64,000 nucleotides of DNA from the IMG/VR virus record IMGVR_UViG_3300020037_004335, positions 3,445 to 67,444 of that record. One strand, 5' to 3'. This document shows positions 51,622 to 62,810 of this stretch, piece after piece (the first letter of the stretch is position 1; every line of letters starts with the position of its first letter). This DNA is from a virus. A program made the translations under genes and the position numbers. The notes below the pieces were generated by a model. That model was given only the letters and a program-made list of their open reading frames with translations, was not told where the DNA came from and did not search any database.

Positions 51622-53224
51622 TAATCTCCTCCAAATAGTTTAAAAAACTCTTTTTGTGCTTTTACTGTAGCATCAGATATATTTTTACTTATTTGCTGAT
51701 CTGTTAAGTTAAGCTTAAATAAAGGATTATTATCTCTTGTAGCTTTCTCTATAGCTATTTTCTCAGCTTCTCTAGCTTTATGGTATCTTAATTTAACTTC
51801 TCTTTTAATTTGTTCTGGATCTTTATTGTTTGGATTACCAATACCATTGTCTATACCAGTGTTAATTTGCCAAACTCCAGTTATTTCTTTTTGTTCAATT
51901 AATTTAGTTTCTAATATTCCAGCTTCAGTAATTCTATTATAGAGATTAACAGCAGTGTCTACAATTGGTTTAACTAAAATTGGTACAGGAGGTTCTATAA
52001 AGTCATGTGGTTGCAATGTTATATCAAATCCACAACTATTATAATCTTCTGCGATTAATTTGAGTTTAGATATAATTACAATTACTTTAAATCCATCTAT
52101 CCAGAACTTAACTGGTCTACCATTGAGATTTTGTAATTGATCAAATCGTTGTTTAGCTCTTATAGTAGTACTATCTTGATAGTTTACATAATCTCCAAAA
52201 AACTTACCAGAAAAATTTATTAGTTCTAATAAAGTTCCAGTTATTTGAGATGTTTGAAGTGATCCAACAAAAGAATTAACACTCTTTAATGTTTTAGATC
52301 TCAATTCTATTTTATCTGATAATTCATGATCTAAAAACTCAAACAATAATGATTCATTGTTCTTCTCATTCCCAAAACCAGTTTTAGTAAATTTAATAGT
52401 CATTATTTAAATCCGTTCTTTTTTTTCAAACTATCAATAATAGAATCTGCTTTTTTATTATTGTTATCAAGTTTTTGACTGAAGAATCTATCTTCTACTA
52501 AAGTTCCACTTTTATAATCATATCTTTTACCATTTTTAGCATCTTCTAATTTATCTAGCAAGCTTCTTTTCTTATAATCTTCATTAGCTTTCTTTATTTC
52601 ATTATCTACTTGTTTTATAGCTTTTTTTTTGTCTTTTTGAGTCAATTGAGTGTTATCTTTAGTATTTTTAGAACTCACATCATCTCTTGTTATTCTTACT
52701 TCTGTAAGCACTTGACCATTAAGATCTTTTGGAAGATCTTTAGTACTCGTAGCAGTTGTTAAAGCAAATTTAGATTCATCCAACATCTGTTTTGTTAAAG
52801 AAGGTTCAATAGGAAGTTGAATATCATGTGGTTGTATAGTTATAGTATATTCTATTTCATTGATTGAACTATATCCTTTTTTTAATTCATCTATCACTAC
52901 AAGTTGCTTGATTCCTTCAAACCAAAACTTTATTATTCTTTTCTCAAGTCGTTTAAGTTGTTCATATCTTTCATTAGCTCTTATAATTCTTTTCTTAGCT
53001 TCATCTAAATAATCTCCAAACAATTTTCCAGAAAAAGTTATTGGATTTAAGTAAGTTCCAATTATTTGATTTGTTTGAGTATCTCCAGCAAATTTAGATG
53101 TTGCTAAAGCTGTCTCCCATTCTAATTCTAAGTTAGCTGGAATTTCATGATCTAAGAACTCAAATAATAACGACTCATTACCGCTTTCAGCACCGACTCC
53201 AGTTTTAGTAAATTTAAGTGTCAT
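51621..53224 (-). CDS. Two paralogous tube-initiator-like proteins (51621-52403, 52403-53224)
   Basis: Near-identical N-termini MTxKFTKTG..NESLLFEFLDHE, ITFSGK, QPHD; located between tape measure and LysM. Confidence 0.65.
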
Positions 53225-56112
53225 TATAGACCACCACCCAATACTACGTTTCCTCCATTTGCTTTATCGTCTGAAGTGAAGGTATTGTTTGTTCTAAATT
53301 GTAGTTTTTTTCTTTCAATTTGTTCTGCTATACTATTAGCTAAGAATATCATTGAATCTGGATCAACTTTCATAACTTGAATTTCACCAGTTTTAGGGTT
53401 TAATGTTGCTTCAAGACCTCTTAACCATGCAGAATTAGCATCTCCAAACATTCTTGATTGATCTTGTGGAGAAATTTCACCTTTATGAATTGCATCAAGT
53501 AAATTTATAAATGGTTTTCTATCTTTTGGAGCAAGTCTATTTAAGAAGTTTTGAGAACTTTCTAAAGTTCCATCTGCTAACATTGCTCTTGAATCTAAAC
53601 CTTTTTTAACTTCTGAAGCTCCAGAAAATATACCAGCTCCTCTTAAGACTCTTTGAAGTCTTTGTTGGTTATCAGTTGCATTTTTCTCTTCTAAAATCTT
53701 AGCTTCAGCGTCTTGTGCTTCTTTATTATTCCATATACTCATTGTTAGATAACCTAAACCAGTTATCAATGCTCCGATTCCTAACGTCAGTAATCCCAAC
53801 GGAGATAATAACATTGTTATAGCAGTTCCAAATATAGGCATTGACGTAGCTAAACCATAAACTGATATTCCTATTTTTGAAAATAATGGTATGAATCGCA
53901 TAAATAAAGGAGCAGACATACTTATAGCCATTACAACAGAAGCTAAATTGCTAACTTGATTTAGAAAGGCTGGATCGTAAGCACTTAATTTACCAGTTTT
54001 ATGTTTTTCTCTTATACTTTCAACTATTCCTTTATATCCACTTTTTTCAGAAAGTTTTTGCATTAAAGTTTGTTCAGTGTTTTTAGTTTTTCCAAACTTT
54101 GACACTAATGAAGGATCGTTTTGTATTCTACTTATTTCAAGTTCTTTACTCGATATAGAGCCTTTTCTGCTCTCTACGCTTTTTAATAGATCTTTCTTTT
54201 CTTGATTCAACATTTTTATTTGTCTTTTAGCTTCTCTTGTAGATCTTGTATCTACTATTTCTGCTCCGTATGGATCAAATTTACCAGTCGAATAATCACC
54301 TTTTACTCTTTTTAAATAAAGATATTTTTCCCTTCCAATTTCTTTTTCTAAATCTACTAATCTTTTCTTCTCCATTATTTGACTGGTGTTCAATGTATCT
54401 AAATCTCTTTGTGCGTTTGCTTTAACAATATCTTTATATTGAAATTGTTGTCCTAAAACATTCTTAGATGATCTAGCTCTAGCTAATCTTCCTTCTAAAA
54501 CTCTTGTTGACTTGTATCCACCAAAATTCTTAGCTAAGTTTTGACTTTGAACAGCTTCAGCAGTTGCGGTAGCACTTGAAGAACTTCCTAAAACATTACC
54601 AAATTTTCCTCCTTTACCTTTCATCAAAGAAGCAATCATAGCGAAAGTCATAACCCCACTTATTACAGTTCCAGCTTTTTCCCAACCGCTTCCTTCTCCG
54701 CCTAATTGAGTTCCAGCTTGTTTAGGTGCTGATAATCCTTTTGCAATTCCTCCTAAACCAGTAACAGCCATACTTATTGTGTTAATCATTCCTTTTAAGA
54801 ATCCTAACGCACCAGCTCCACCTCCTGTTAAACCACTTAGAGAAGTTCCTAAATAATGAAAAGCTTGACCTAAACCATAAATTGATGGAGTGAGTTCATT
54901 TGATATAAAACTAATCTTCTTACCTAAATTACTGAAACTATTTAAACCACTTAATAATCCATTAATTCCAAAATAACTATCTATCCCAGTTCCAGTTGCT
55001 CCATGAGCAAATGCTCCAAACATTCCGAAAAAGTCTTTAGCTCCAATCAAGTTATTAGCAATTGAGTAAACGAATCCGTCCATTATTTCAAATCTTTTAA
55101 GTAAAGCATCTGATCCCATACCATTTAACACATCAATGAATGGTTGGATTTTATCAGAAATTGTATAAGATAATCTTCCTAATGCTTTACCTATCCAACC
55201 ATCTTCGCTCATATTTTTAGAAATGTATTCTGCGAATTTAGATAAAGGTTCTGTTAAAGCATAGAATCCCTTCTCACCAGCTTTCTGAAAAGCCATTGTA
55301 ACATAAGACTGTAATCTATTGATATTTACCATAAAACTTTCTTTAGTCATTCTAGAAAGTAAGGTATCTGGATCAATACCAATTCTTTTGAACTCAGCTT
55401 TCATAAGTTTAACAAATTCATTCATATTACCTTCTTTAGCCGCTTTAACCATTCCAGTTTTAGCAGACTTACTAAAAGTAACTTCTAATCTTCTTGCAAG
55501 AGAAGTAAAGTCTATCATTCCCTGTCCTTGCATTGTTTCCTTCATAGAATACGCATAATAGCTTAATCCCCTGTTTTCTGTATCCATTGCTGATAAAGCC
55601 ATCGTTATCTTAAGTATTTCTTTAAAATTCTTTGCTTCTGGTTGCCCAATATTTCTCATAACTTGCATGATACCTCTTGATGAAGTCATTACTTCAGACA
55701 TATCATGACCGAATGTACTTGCCATATCTTGCATTACAGAAATGAACTCTTTAGCTTTTCCTCTTGATCCAATAAGCTCTTCTATCATTATCTTACTTGT
55801 TTGTATCTGAGTATTTGTATGTAAGAAGGCTCTAGCAAGCCCATTTACACCAGCTATAAATGCTCCTGTACCAATTGCACCTAAACTGAGAACACCATAC
55901 TTAAAACTCAAATTTAAGCGCTTCAATGAACGATCAATATTATTTAAAGACTTCACTGAAGAACGCTCAAATGAGTTCATGTTACGAGAAGCTTGATTTA
56001 AAGAAATATATGATTGTTGTTGGATTCCTTTTATTTCAGAACGAACAGTTTTAAGCTGGTTTATACCATTTGCTTTGAAATTTATTATAAATCTTGAACT
56101 TACAACACTCAT
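53224..56112 (-). CDS. Tape measure protein
   Basis: 962 aa, Gly/Ala-rich helical with hydrophobic segments; downstream of the chaperone. Confidence 0.85.
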   Translation of the reverse strand: MSVVSSRFIINFKANGINQLKTVRSEIKGIQQQSYISLNQASRNMNSFERSSVKSLNNIDRSLKRLNLSFKYGVLSLGAIGTGAFIAGVNGLARAFLHTNTQIQTSKIMIEELIGSRGKAKEFISVMQDMASTFGHDMSEVMTSSRGIMQVMRNIGQPEAKNFKEILKITMALSAMDTENRGLSYYAYSMKETMQGQGMIDFTSLARRLEVTFSKSAKTGMVKAAKEGNMNEFVKLMKAEFKRIGIDPDTLLSRMTKESFMVNINRLQSYVTMAFQKAGEKGFYALTEPLSKFAEYISKNMSEDGWIGKALGRLSYTISDKIQPFIDVLNGMGSDALLKRFEIMDGFVYSIANNLIGAKDFFGMFGAFAHGATGTGIDSYFGINGLLSGLNSFSNLGKKISFISNELTPSIYGLGQAFHYLGTSLSGLTGGGAGALGFLKGMINTISMAVTGLGGIAKGLSAPKQAGTQLGGEGSGWEKAGTVISGVMTFAMIASLMKGKGGKFGNVLGSSSSATATAEAVQSQNLAKNFGGYKSTRVLEGRLARARSSKNVLGQQFQYKDIVKANAQRDLDTLNTSQIMEKKRLVDLEKEIGREKYLYLKRVKGDYSTGKFDPYGAEIVDTRSTREAKRQIKMLNQEKKDLLKSVESRKGSISSKELEISRIQNDPSLVSKFGKTKNTEQTLMQKLSEKSGYKGIVESIREKHKTGKLSAYDPAFLNQVSNLASVVMAISMSAPLFMRFIPLFSKIGISVYGLATSMPIFGTAITMLLSPLGLLTLGIGALITGLGYLTMSIWNNKEAQDAEAKILEEKNATDNQQRLQRVLRGAGIFSGASEVKKGLDSRAMLADGTLESSQNFLNRLAPKDRKPFINLLDAIHKGEISPQDQSRMFGDANSAWLRGLEATLNPKTGEIQVMKVDPDSMIFLANSIAEQIERKKLQFRTNNTFTSDDKANGGNVVLGGGL

Positions 56113-56358
56113 CTATTTCTTCTTTCTTTTTCTCTCAAAATACTTCTGTTTCTCTGATTCGTATCCAACAAAGTAATTCTCTCTTATCAGAAATTCATCT
56201 CTCTTAAAGTTTGGATTTTCCATTTCTTGCAATTTAATTAAAGTTGCAATAAACTCAGCTTTATCCATTTCTCCAACATCTTTTTTAGAATATCCACTTT
56301 TTCTTAGATATACTATCCATCCGAAATAAGTATCATCTAAGAGTGCTTCTACTTTCCC
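56113..56358 (-). CDS. Minus-1 frame extension of the tail assembly chaperone (gpGT analogue)
   Basis: Slippery GGGAAAG (56358-56352) just before TAG; the -1 frame is open for about 80 codons to TAG at 56115-56113, abutting the tape-measure ATG. Confidence 0.85.
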   Translation of the reverse strand, partial: GKVEALLDDTYFGWIVYLRKSGYSKKDVGEMDKAEFIATLIKLQEMENPNFKRDEFLIRENYFVGYESEKQKYFERKRKKK

Positions 56359-56969
56359 AATAAATGTGGATTAGCTTCATTAAGTTTTAGAACTTCTAAT
56401 AGAAGAATTGTCCAATCACAAGCTGGAAAACATTGTCTTTCCATTAAATCATTTATGTTCTTTATTGGAGCAAACACTTTTTTAATCATTTTTGATGGAT
56501 CTGGAATAAGGTTTTCTGGATAATCAACATCTACTAAATAATTAAATGGATTGGTTTCATCTAAAAGATAGTTAAGTTCTTCTGTTATAATACCTTCAAT
56601 ACTTTTAACTTTCTTAGTTGGTTGTTCTGGATTAACAATTTGATTACCATTATCATCTAGCTTATAGTTATAAGGATTTTCTGGATCTAATACTGGCTTA
56701 CCTTTATTATCTTTTACATAATTTACTGGATTCTCTTTATCTAAAATCATGTATTCAGACTCTTGTAAGTTTGGATTAGGATACTCAACCGATACTAAAC
56801 AGAAAGCTACTAAAGCATTGTTAACAGCTACTTCGTTTGAAACTTCTTCGCCTAAAATTTTACTAATTGTATAGTTATCAACTGGACTTAGCTCTCTTAG
56901 AGTAGCGTAACCTCTTGATAATCTTTTTCTGACAAATCTACTATTAAAGAATGACATATACATCTCCAT
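56349..56969 (-). CDS. Tail assembly chaperone (gpG analogue)
   Basis: Between tube genes and tape measure; ends ...HLLGK* at the slippery site. Confidence 0.75.
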   Translation of the reverse strand: MEMYMSFFNSRFVRKRLSRGYATLRELSPVDNYTISKILGEEVSNEVAVNNALVAFCLVSVEYPNPNLQESEYMILDKENPVNYVKDNKGKPVLDPENPYNYKLDDNGNQIVNPEQPTKKVKSIEGIITEELNYLLDETNPFNYLVDVDYPENLIPDPSKMIKKVFAPIKNINDLMERQCFPACDWTILLLEVLKLNEANPHLLGK

Positions 56970-57021
56970 TTTTAAAATCTTTCAATAATTAGTTTAAACT
57001 TTAAAAATGAGTTAAGAGATT

Positions 57022-59142
57022 TTATTTATATAAGTCTGTATTATCTGGATTGAGTATCATTCTATCATTAGTTGACAGATATTGCTCAGTTGTTTTTAAA
57101 ACAAATTGCTCATAAAGAAGATCCCATGAAAGATCTCTAACATTCTCATTAATTAAGAATATATTGTTTTTAGGTTTGTCTATACTACTAGCAAAACCTT
57201 TCAATGACTCTTCTATATCACTTGAGTTTTGAGAAGTTGATAAAGATGGCTTATACATTTTAAAATTTCTAAAATAAGTTATTTCTTGTTGACCAGTTGT
57301 ATCATCTGTTATCACTTGTTTAAAAGTGAATGTAGGAGTAATATAAGCAACTTCTAAATCGTTTGAATTAGCTGGTTTTTGAAAATTATGATTAACACTT
57401 GATAATCCACCTTTAACTTGATTACTTTCAGTTCTCATTTGAGTACTAGTAAATTTAGTTTGAGAAGAGTTGCTATGAGAATAGATTGTATGATAGTTAT
57501 TATATTGATCTAATAACAAATTCATCATATCAGAAGAGTTCTTAGCCCAACTGAGATCGAAGTCAAATCCTTTTTGAATAACTCTTGAATGTTCAATTTT
57601 AGAAGTACATGGTTTCCATGTTTCTAATTCACTTCTACTATCCCATTTAACTGATTTTAATGAGTATTCACTTAAGTCAATCTCGATATCTTTATTTATT
57701 AAATGAGCTATTAGATAGCAGTTATAGTTATCTGATAAATATCTAGTTTTTTCTATTCTAAGAGAATTGTCTGAGTTCTTTAATGTCATTACTTAGCTTT
57801 ATCCTTAAAATATGATTTGTATTCACTTTCTACAAAAGGTAATGAAATTTGACTCATTATATCTTTTTCTATATATTTTTTAAAGTATTCATTTGAGTAT
57901 CTATTTTCATCAGTTAAGTCAGTTAAAGTAGAACAATATAATATTAATCCTTCTGAACTTATCTCTTTAGATTTGTGAGAATAGTTTTGAAAATTAATAC
58001 TGCAATTTCTATAAACAACTTTTTCTTGAAAATTTGGTTTCTGAGATAATGCTAAAGTATTCTTAATTGCTCCGATTGCTCCATTAACGAATCCAGTAAC
58101 AGGATTATTAGAAGCTAAGTTGGTTAAAGGACTCAAGAAAGATGGTAAGTTAGAAAAAGGATTATTTATAATAGCCTCATTAAACTCAACTTCTGGAATG
58201 AATCCAGTTCCAGAATATGTATGAGTTATCAATTCAGTTACAGTAAATTTAGGAGCAGTTATTCCGTTTTCTAAACAGAAGTCAATAAAGTATTGAATCT
58301 CTCTTAAATAATGATCCATTTTAGGTCTTGTGAGTTTAATCTTGTAACCAGTTGTCTTAGTTTGATTCTGAGATATAGTTTTACCTATACCTCTATATGT
58401 ATCATTGTCTTGTTTTGGCTCAATGTCTATTGAATCAAAGTCTAAAACAAGTGGAATAAGACCATCTTGAGAAGACAGTCTTACAATGACTTGTTCGCCA
58501 GTTACCACTTGTTTTGACATTTATTTTAACTTATCCGATTGAGAGATTCCCAGAATTAGCAAAAGCACTCATAGCATATTCTTCTAATCCAATTTGGTTC
58601 ACGTCAGCTTGCATATTGTTGAAAGCAGAAATTTGTGAATTGAAGAAAGCAATGCCTTCTTGAGCAGATGCTACAGCTTCAGTTCCAACATATTTACTGA
58701 TTCTCTCAGTATATTCAGCTTCAAATGATATAGTAGATTCTGATTGACTTCCACCATTATCTTCTTTATCTGAGTGAAGCTTAACACCTTTATATGTTTT
58801 AGTTGAGAGAGATCCATCAACATAAGTAATGGTTCTAGTAACTGTCATGTAAAAGTCTTGACCTCTTTGACCAGTTACATTACCGCCTCTTCTATGATCG
58901 TCTAACTTTTGTTTAAAAGCTTCAAATTTACTATCCTTAATGTTTGCTTCAAATGATAGAGTTCCACCATTATCTAAGATAGTTATAAGACCTTTACCAG
59001 CTTCGCCTAACACTGTACTTGTCTTAACAACATCATCTTTATTATCTTTGAACGACTTAACAGCAACTAATTGCTCATAAGTTGATCCATTTGCACTGAA
59101 AGCAACAACTACTTGTTGTCCAAACACGTCCTGTTTACTCAT
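57022..59142 (-). CDS. Three tandem tail-tube-like proteins (58531-59142 likely major tube; 57789-58520; 57022-57789)
   Basis: Downstream of sheath; MSKQDVFGQQV / MSKQVVTGEQV N-termini; shared G(G/Y/F)xxxxx..TxTxxIT..Y(K/R)xxx tube-fold pattern. Confidence 0.7.
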
Positions 59143-59154
59143 ATTAACCTCTTA

Positions 59155-60717
59155 TTATACGCTTACTATAGTTTTATTTTGTTGAGCATCAACATATATC
59201 TCAATTACATCTGCTGGAGCAAGTAAACTGATTTGAGCATCAACTCTTACTGTATTATTTTGAACAGTATCATCAGTGTTATTATCAGTATCACATTTCA
59301 CAAGATAAGGAATTTTACCATCGTGTCTTCCAATATGACCAGCACTAGCTTCTATTCTTAAAAGATTTTCTAAAGCTTCTTTAACTTTATTGAAAGTATT
59401 ATCTTTTCCGTTTGCAATGATTGGTTTACTAACAAATGGCTTAATACCAAAATCGAACGCTTTAGCAAAGAAGTCTTTACCTTTTCTAACAACATTTTGT
59501 TTTTCTTTTTCGTTATCAGAACAAGTATAATCAGAAGCCATTATATAGCCTTTATCTTGATCAAATACAATCGGATTGATTTGAACTTCTGTTAAAGAAT
59601 TTATTTCAGTTTGATCTAATTCAAATTCAGTTCCTTTAACGGTTGCTGGAAGCTTAGCTTGAGAAGATGATTGCCAGTAACCTAATACAGAGTCAATACC
59701 AGCAACAAATGTTACAGGATTATTTAACTCCATTGCACTTGTATAAGGATTTTCTACATATAACCAATCATGAACCATCTTAACTCTTGAAGAAGTTATA
59801 GTTGATTTAGCTGTTATAGCAGTGCTTACACTTGAACCAGAAGCATTTGTTATGATAGTTCTGCGTGGACTTATTCCTAATGTATCAACATGAGTGATTA
59901 AGCCAGTGTTAATAGTTGAATCGTTTCTAGCACTTATTACAATGTTAATATCTGAATGGTTAACACCAGTAAATACTTGAAGACCAGTTTTAGTTGGAAC
60001 TGATACTCCTACATAAGAACTTGAAGCTAATCCAGTTCCAGAAGTAGTTCCATTTGCACCAGTAGCAAGAGAGAATGTACCATAATCTGGTTCTGTACCA
60101 TCTGTTACGTTCATTGTAATATTGAAAAATCTTAATGGGTCGTTATCAATTAATGTTTTAATATATCTTGAGTCAGTTGATAATGTAGAAACTTTTGTAT
60201 ATACTCTTTTCTCTTGAGTTACAGTATTCCTGATAGTCATGTTGAAGTACGTAGCAGTTACATTAGCTTCTGTTTGAACTGTAATACTGTTTCCCCATGT
60301 TCCAACTGTATCAGCAGTTATTGAGAAAACGTCTGCTGGAGTTAATTCACCATCGTCTATTGTTACAGTTGCTTTAACTGTTCCAGCGGAATCAGCTATT
60401 CTAACAACTTTAATAACTGAAGCTTGTGCATCAAAAAGATTCTTTAGAGCTAAGTGACCATCTAAAGCTTGATTTGAAGCGTTTAACTTATATCCGCCTA
60501 ATACTTTATATGAAGCTGATAGCGAACCAACTTTATAAACTTTATTTGGTTCTCCTCTCTCGAATTGACCAACTATAGCAACTACGTTAGTAGCTTTGCC
60601 TCTTGCAACTGGAGTAGGAGTAGTTTCTATTACTATTACTTTTGGAGTAGATCTATTGACACTACCTAATTGATTATCTGTGATTATCATCTGATTAACC
60701 TCTTGTATATATTTCAA
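59155..60717 (-). CDS. Tail sheath protein (true start probably MIITDNQ at 60690)
   Basis: AIVGQFERGEPN, GTWGN, INPIV, VKCDTDNNT..V...PADVI sheath C-terminus. Confidence 0.92.
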   Translation of the reverse strand: MKYIQEVNQMIITDNQLGSVNRSTPKVIVIETTPTPVARGKATNVVAIVGQFERGEPNKVYKVGSLSASYKVLGGYKLNASNQALDGHLALKNLFDAQASVIKVVRIADSAGTVKATVTIDDGELTPADVFSITADTVGTWGNSITVQTEANVTATYFNMTIRNTVTQEKRVYTKVSTLSTDSRYIKTLIDNDPLRFFNITMNVTDGTEPDYGTFSLATGANGTTSGTGLASSSYVGVSVPTKTGLQVFTGVNHSDINIVISARNDSTINTGLITHVDTLGISPRRTIITNASGSSVSTAITAKSTITSSRVKMVHDWLYVENPYTSAMELNNPVTFVAGIDSVLGYWQSSSQAKLPATVKGTEFELDQTEINSLTEVQINPIVFDQDKGYIMASDYTCSDNEKEKQNVVRKGKDFFAKAFDFGIKPFVSKPIIANGKDNTFNKVKEALENLLRIEASAGHIGRHDGKIPYLVKCDTDNNTDDTVQNNTVRVDAQISLLAPADVIEIYVDAQQNKTIVSV

Positions 60718-60776
60718 AAATTATTTTAGATTTGAAGAGATTTGTGTTATAATATAAGTATTTTAGAAATATAGAG

Positions 60777-61262
60777 GTGAGAATATTGGATTTACAAAAA
60801 GCTTTAAGTGAAGTTAAGAAAACAATAAAAATAATAGAAGATGTTATTATTGATAAAAATGATATTATTATTGATTTGCCAACTCATAACTTTTATATGA
60901 AAAAACATTTATTAGAATATTTTGAAAGTTTCACAAACGAACTATCAGATAGAACAATTAAATTAAGAGTTTTCAATGAATACCTAAACTCAAGAAATAA
61001 ATTTAAAAATATTAATGCTAGTTTAGATATAAATTTATATAATATTGATGAAGGTTTTATAGAAATAGATATTGGTTTTTATTGTTTATTTTTAAAAAAA
61101 GTAAAAATAGGATATAAATATAAAATAACTAAAAATCATATTGCTTTTATAAATCAAGACTTATTTATTAAATGCTTAAATAACAAAATGTTAAATATAA
61201 TGATAGATATATTTGAAACAATTATAATAGAAATAGACGTAGAGAGAGGAAATAATGTATAA
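60777..61262 (+). CDS. Hypothetical protein, first gene of the inverted accessory cassette
   Basis: Extended -10 TGTTATAAT at about 60745-60753 upstream. Confidence 0.5.
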   Translation: MRILDLQKALSEVKKTIKIIEDVIIDKNDIIIDLPTHNFYMKKHLLEYFESFTNELSDRTIKLRVFNEYLNSRNKFKNINASLDINLYNIDEGFIEIDIGFYCLFLKKVKIGYKYKITKNHIAFINQDLFIKCLNNKMLNIMIDIFETIIIEIDVERGNNV

Positions 61263-61764
61263 ACTTATATTAGCAGTTGACAATAATAATGGAATTTCTA
61301 AAAATGGTAAATTGAATTGGAATCTCAAGAGTGATTTAAAACGCTTTAGAGAGCTTACAACGAACCAGAATGTCATAATGGGTTCTAAGACATTTGAATC
61401 CATCTTAATAGCTTTAAATAAGCCACTTCCATCGAGAACTAACATTGTTCTTACTAGAGATGTTTCGTATAATCTTAAATATAAAGATCATTCTTTTAAA
61501 ACAGTCAACTCAATAGAAGAATGTTTAAGAGATTATAAGAATAGTTGGATTATTGGAGGTAAAGAAATATATGAGCAATTCTTGCCTTATTGCAATGAAG
61601 TATATTTAACTAGAATCTTTAAAGATTATAAATGTGATTTATTCTGTAAGCTTGATTTGAGTGATTTTTATATAAACTCAATGCTTCATTCAAGAGAATT
61701 AGTAAAAGATGGTAATAGTTCAGAATTTGTAGAATTTGATTTTGTAAATTACAAGAGGTTATAA
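61255..61764 (+). CDS. folA: Dihydrofolate reductase
   Basis: AVDNNNGIS..LNW..DLKRFRELT..VIMGSKTFES..PLPSRTNIVLTR..IIGGKEIY..YLTRI..CD. Confidence 0.93.
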   Translation: MYKLILAVDNNNGISKNGKLNWNLKSDLKRFRELTTNQNVIMGSKTFESILIALNKPLPSRTNIVLTRDVSYNLKYKDHSFKTVNSIEECLRDYKNSWIIGGKEIYEQFLPYCNEVYLTRIFKDYKCDLFCKLDLSDFYINSMLHSRELVKDGNSSEFVEFDFVNYKRL

Positions 61765-61768
61765 AAGA

Positions 61769-62365
61769 ATGATATACAATAATATTAAATATGAATTTGA
61801 TAATAATAAAGAATGTTTCATGGTTTATTTTGAGAGTAAACAGATAAGATGTGACTCGATTAAAGAATGTAAAAAAGAAATAGATAATCATTATAGTTCA
61901 ATTGTTTTAGATGTGATAAATTATATTTATAAAAATTCTTTTGAAAAAAAACTAGATTTGGGCGATTACAATCTAGTTTTCTTAGATAATGTTTTTATTG
62001 AAGGGTTCACTAAGTTATATATAGTAAATATATTGGATGTAGAAATAATAAACTCCGCTGGAGGAATAGGCGGAGATATTATTTTTAAAACAAACAGCAA
62101 TGAACAGATTAATCAAAAATGTAATGGGGGCAATATATATCAATATTTTAGAAATAATTGTATAATTATTAAAAAATCAAACAATTCTATAAATGATTTA
62201 AAAACTTCTCTTGAAAAAAGAAATATAGAAATAGATAAGTTAATTGAAAAAATAAATCAAGTAAAATTAGAAGGAGAAGCTCAAGTAAATAAATTCTTTG
62301 ATTTAAATTCTATAGTAGATACTGAATTATATAGTCATATAAAAGGTAAAACCAATGAAACATAA
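61769..62365 (+). CDS. Hypothetical protein
   Basis: ORF in the DHFR cassette. Confidence 0.5.
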   Translation: MIYNNIKYEFDNNKECFMVYFESKQIRCDSIKECKKEIDNHYSSIVLDVINYIYKNSFEKKLDLGDYNLVFLDNVFIEGFTKLYIVNILDVEIINSAGGIGGDIIFKTNSNEQINQKCNGGNIYQYFRNNCIIIKKSNNSINDLKTSLEKRNIEIDKLIEKINQVKLEGEAQVNKFFDLNSIVDTELYSHIKGKTNET

Positions 62366-62810
62366 ATTTCAACTGTTTTTTAAAATAAAGACTCCATTTA
62401 ATGGATCTATTTACTTTTCGATTAATCAAGACGATAAACAGTTTTTAAAATCTTTATTGAAATCTGAGATAAAGAAAATAGTTGAAGATGTATTAGAAGA
62501 AGATGAAAACTTTTATGATATGAAGAACTGTGCTGGTTTATGTTTTTATGGTTGTCATGACATAGTAAGAGTTAGAAATTATGTTAATAACTTAGAATTT
62601 CAAAAAACCTTAATACATGAGATTAACCATTCTGTTTACCATCATTTATCTCAGAAAAATATCTTTCAAAACACTGATAATACTGAAACTTTCTCTTATC
62701 TTTTTGAGTTCTTATATGGTGAAGTCATTGAAGAGATTAACAGAACTTTAAAAAAGATTAAGACAAAAGTTAAAAAGAAGCCCATTGCAGAAACTCAGCA
62801 TCAAGAATAA
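62355..62810 (+). CDS. HExxH zinc-metallopeptidase-like (zincin) protein
   Basis: AGLC...TLIHEINHSV...ETFSY. Confidence 0.65.
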   Translation: MKHKFQLFFKIKTPFNGSIYFSINQDDKQFLKSLLKSEIKKIVEDVLEEDENFYDMKNCAGLCFYGCHDIVRVRNYVNNLEFQKTLIHEINHSVYHHLSQKNIFQNTDNTETFSYLFEFLYGEVIEEINRTLKKIKTKVKKKPIAETQHQE

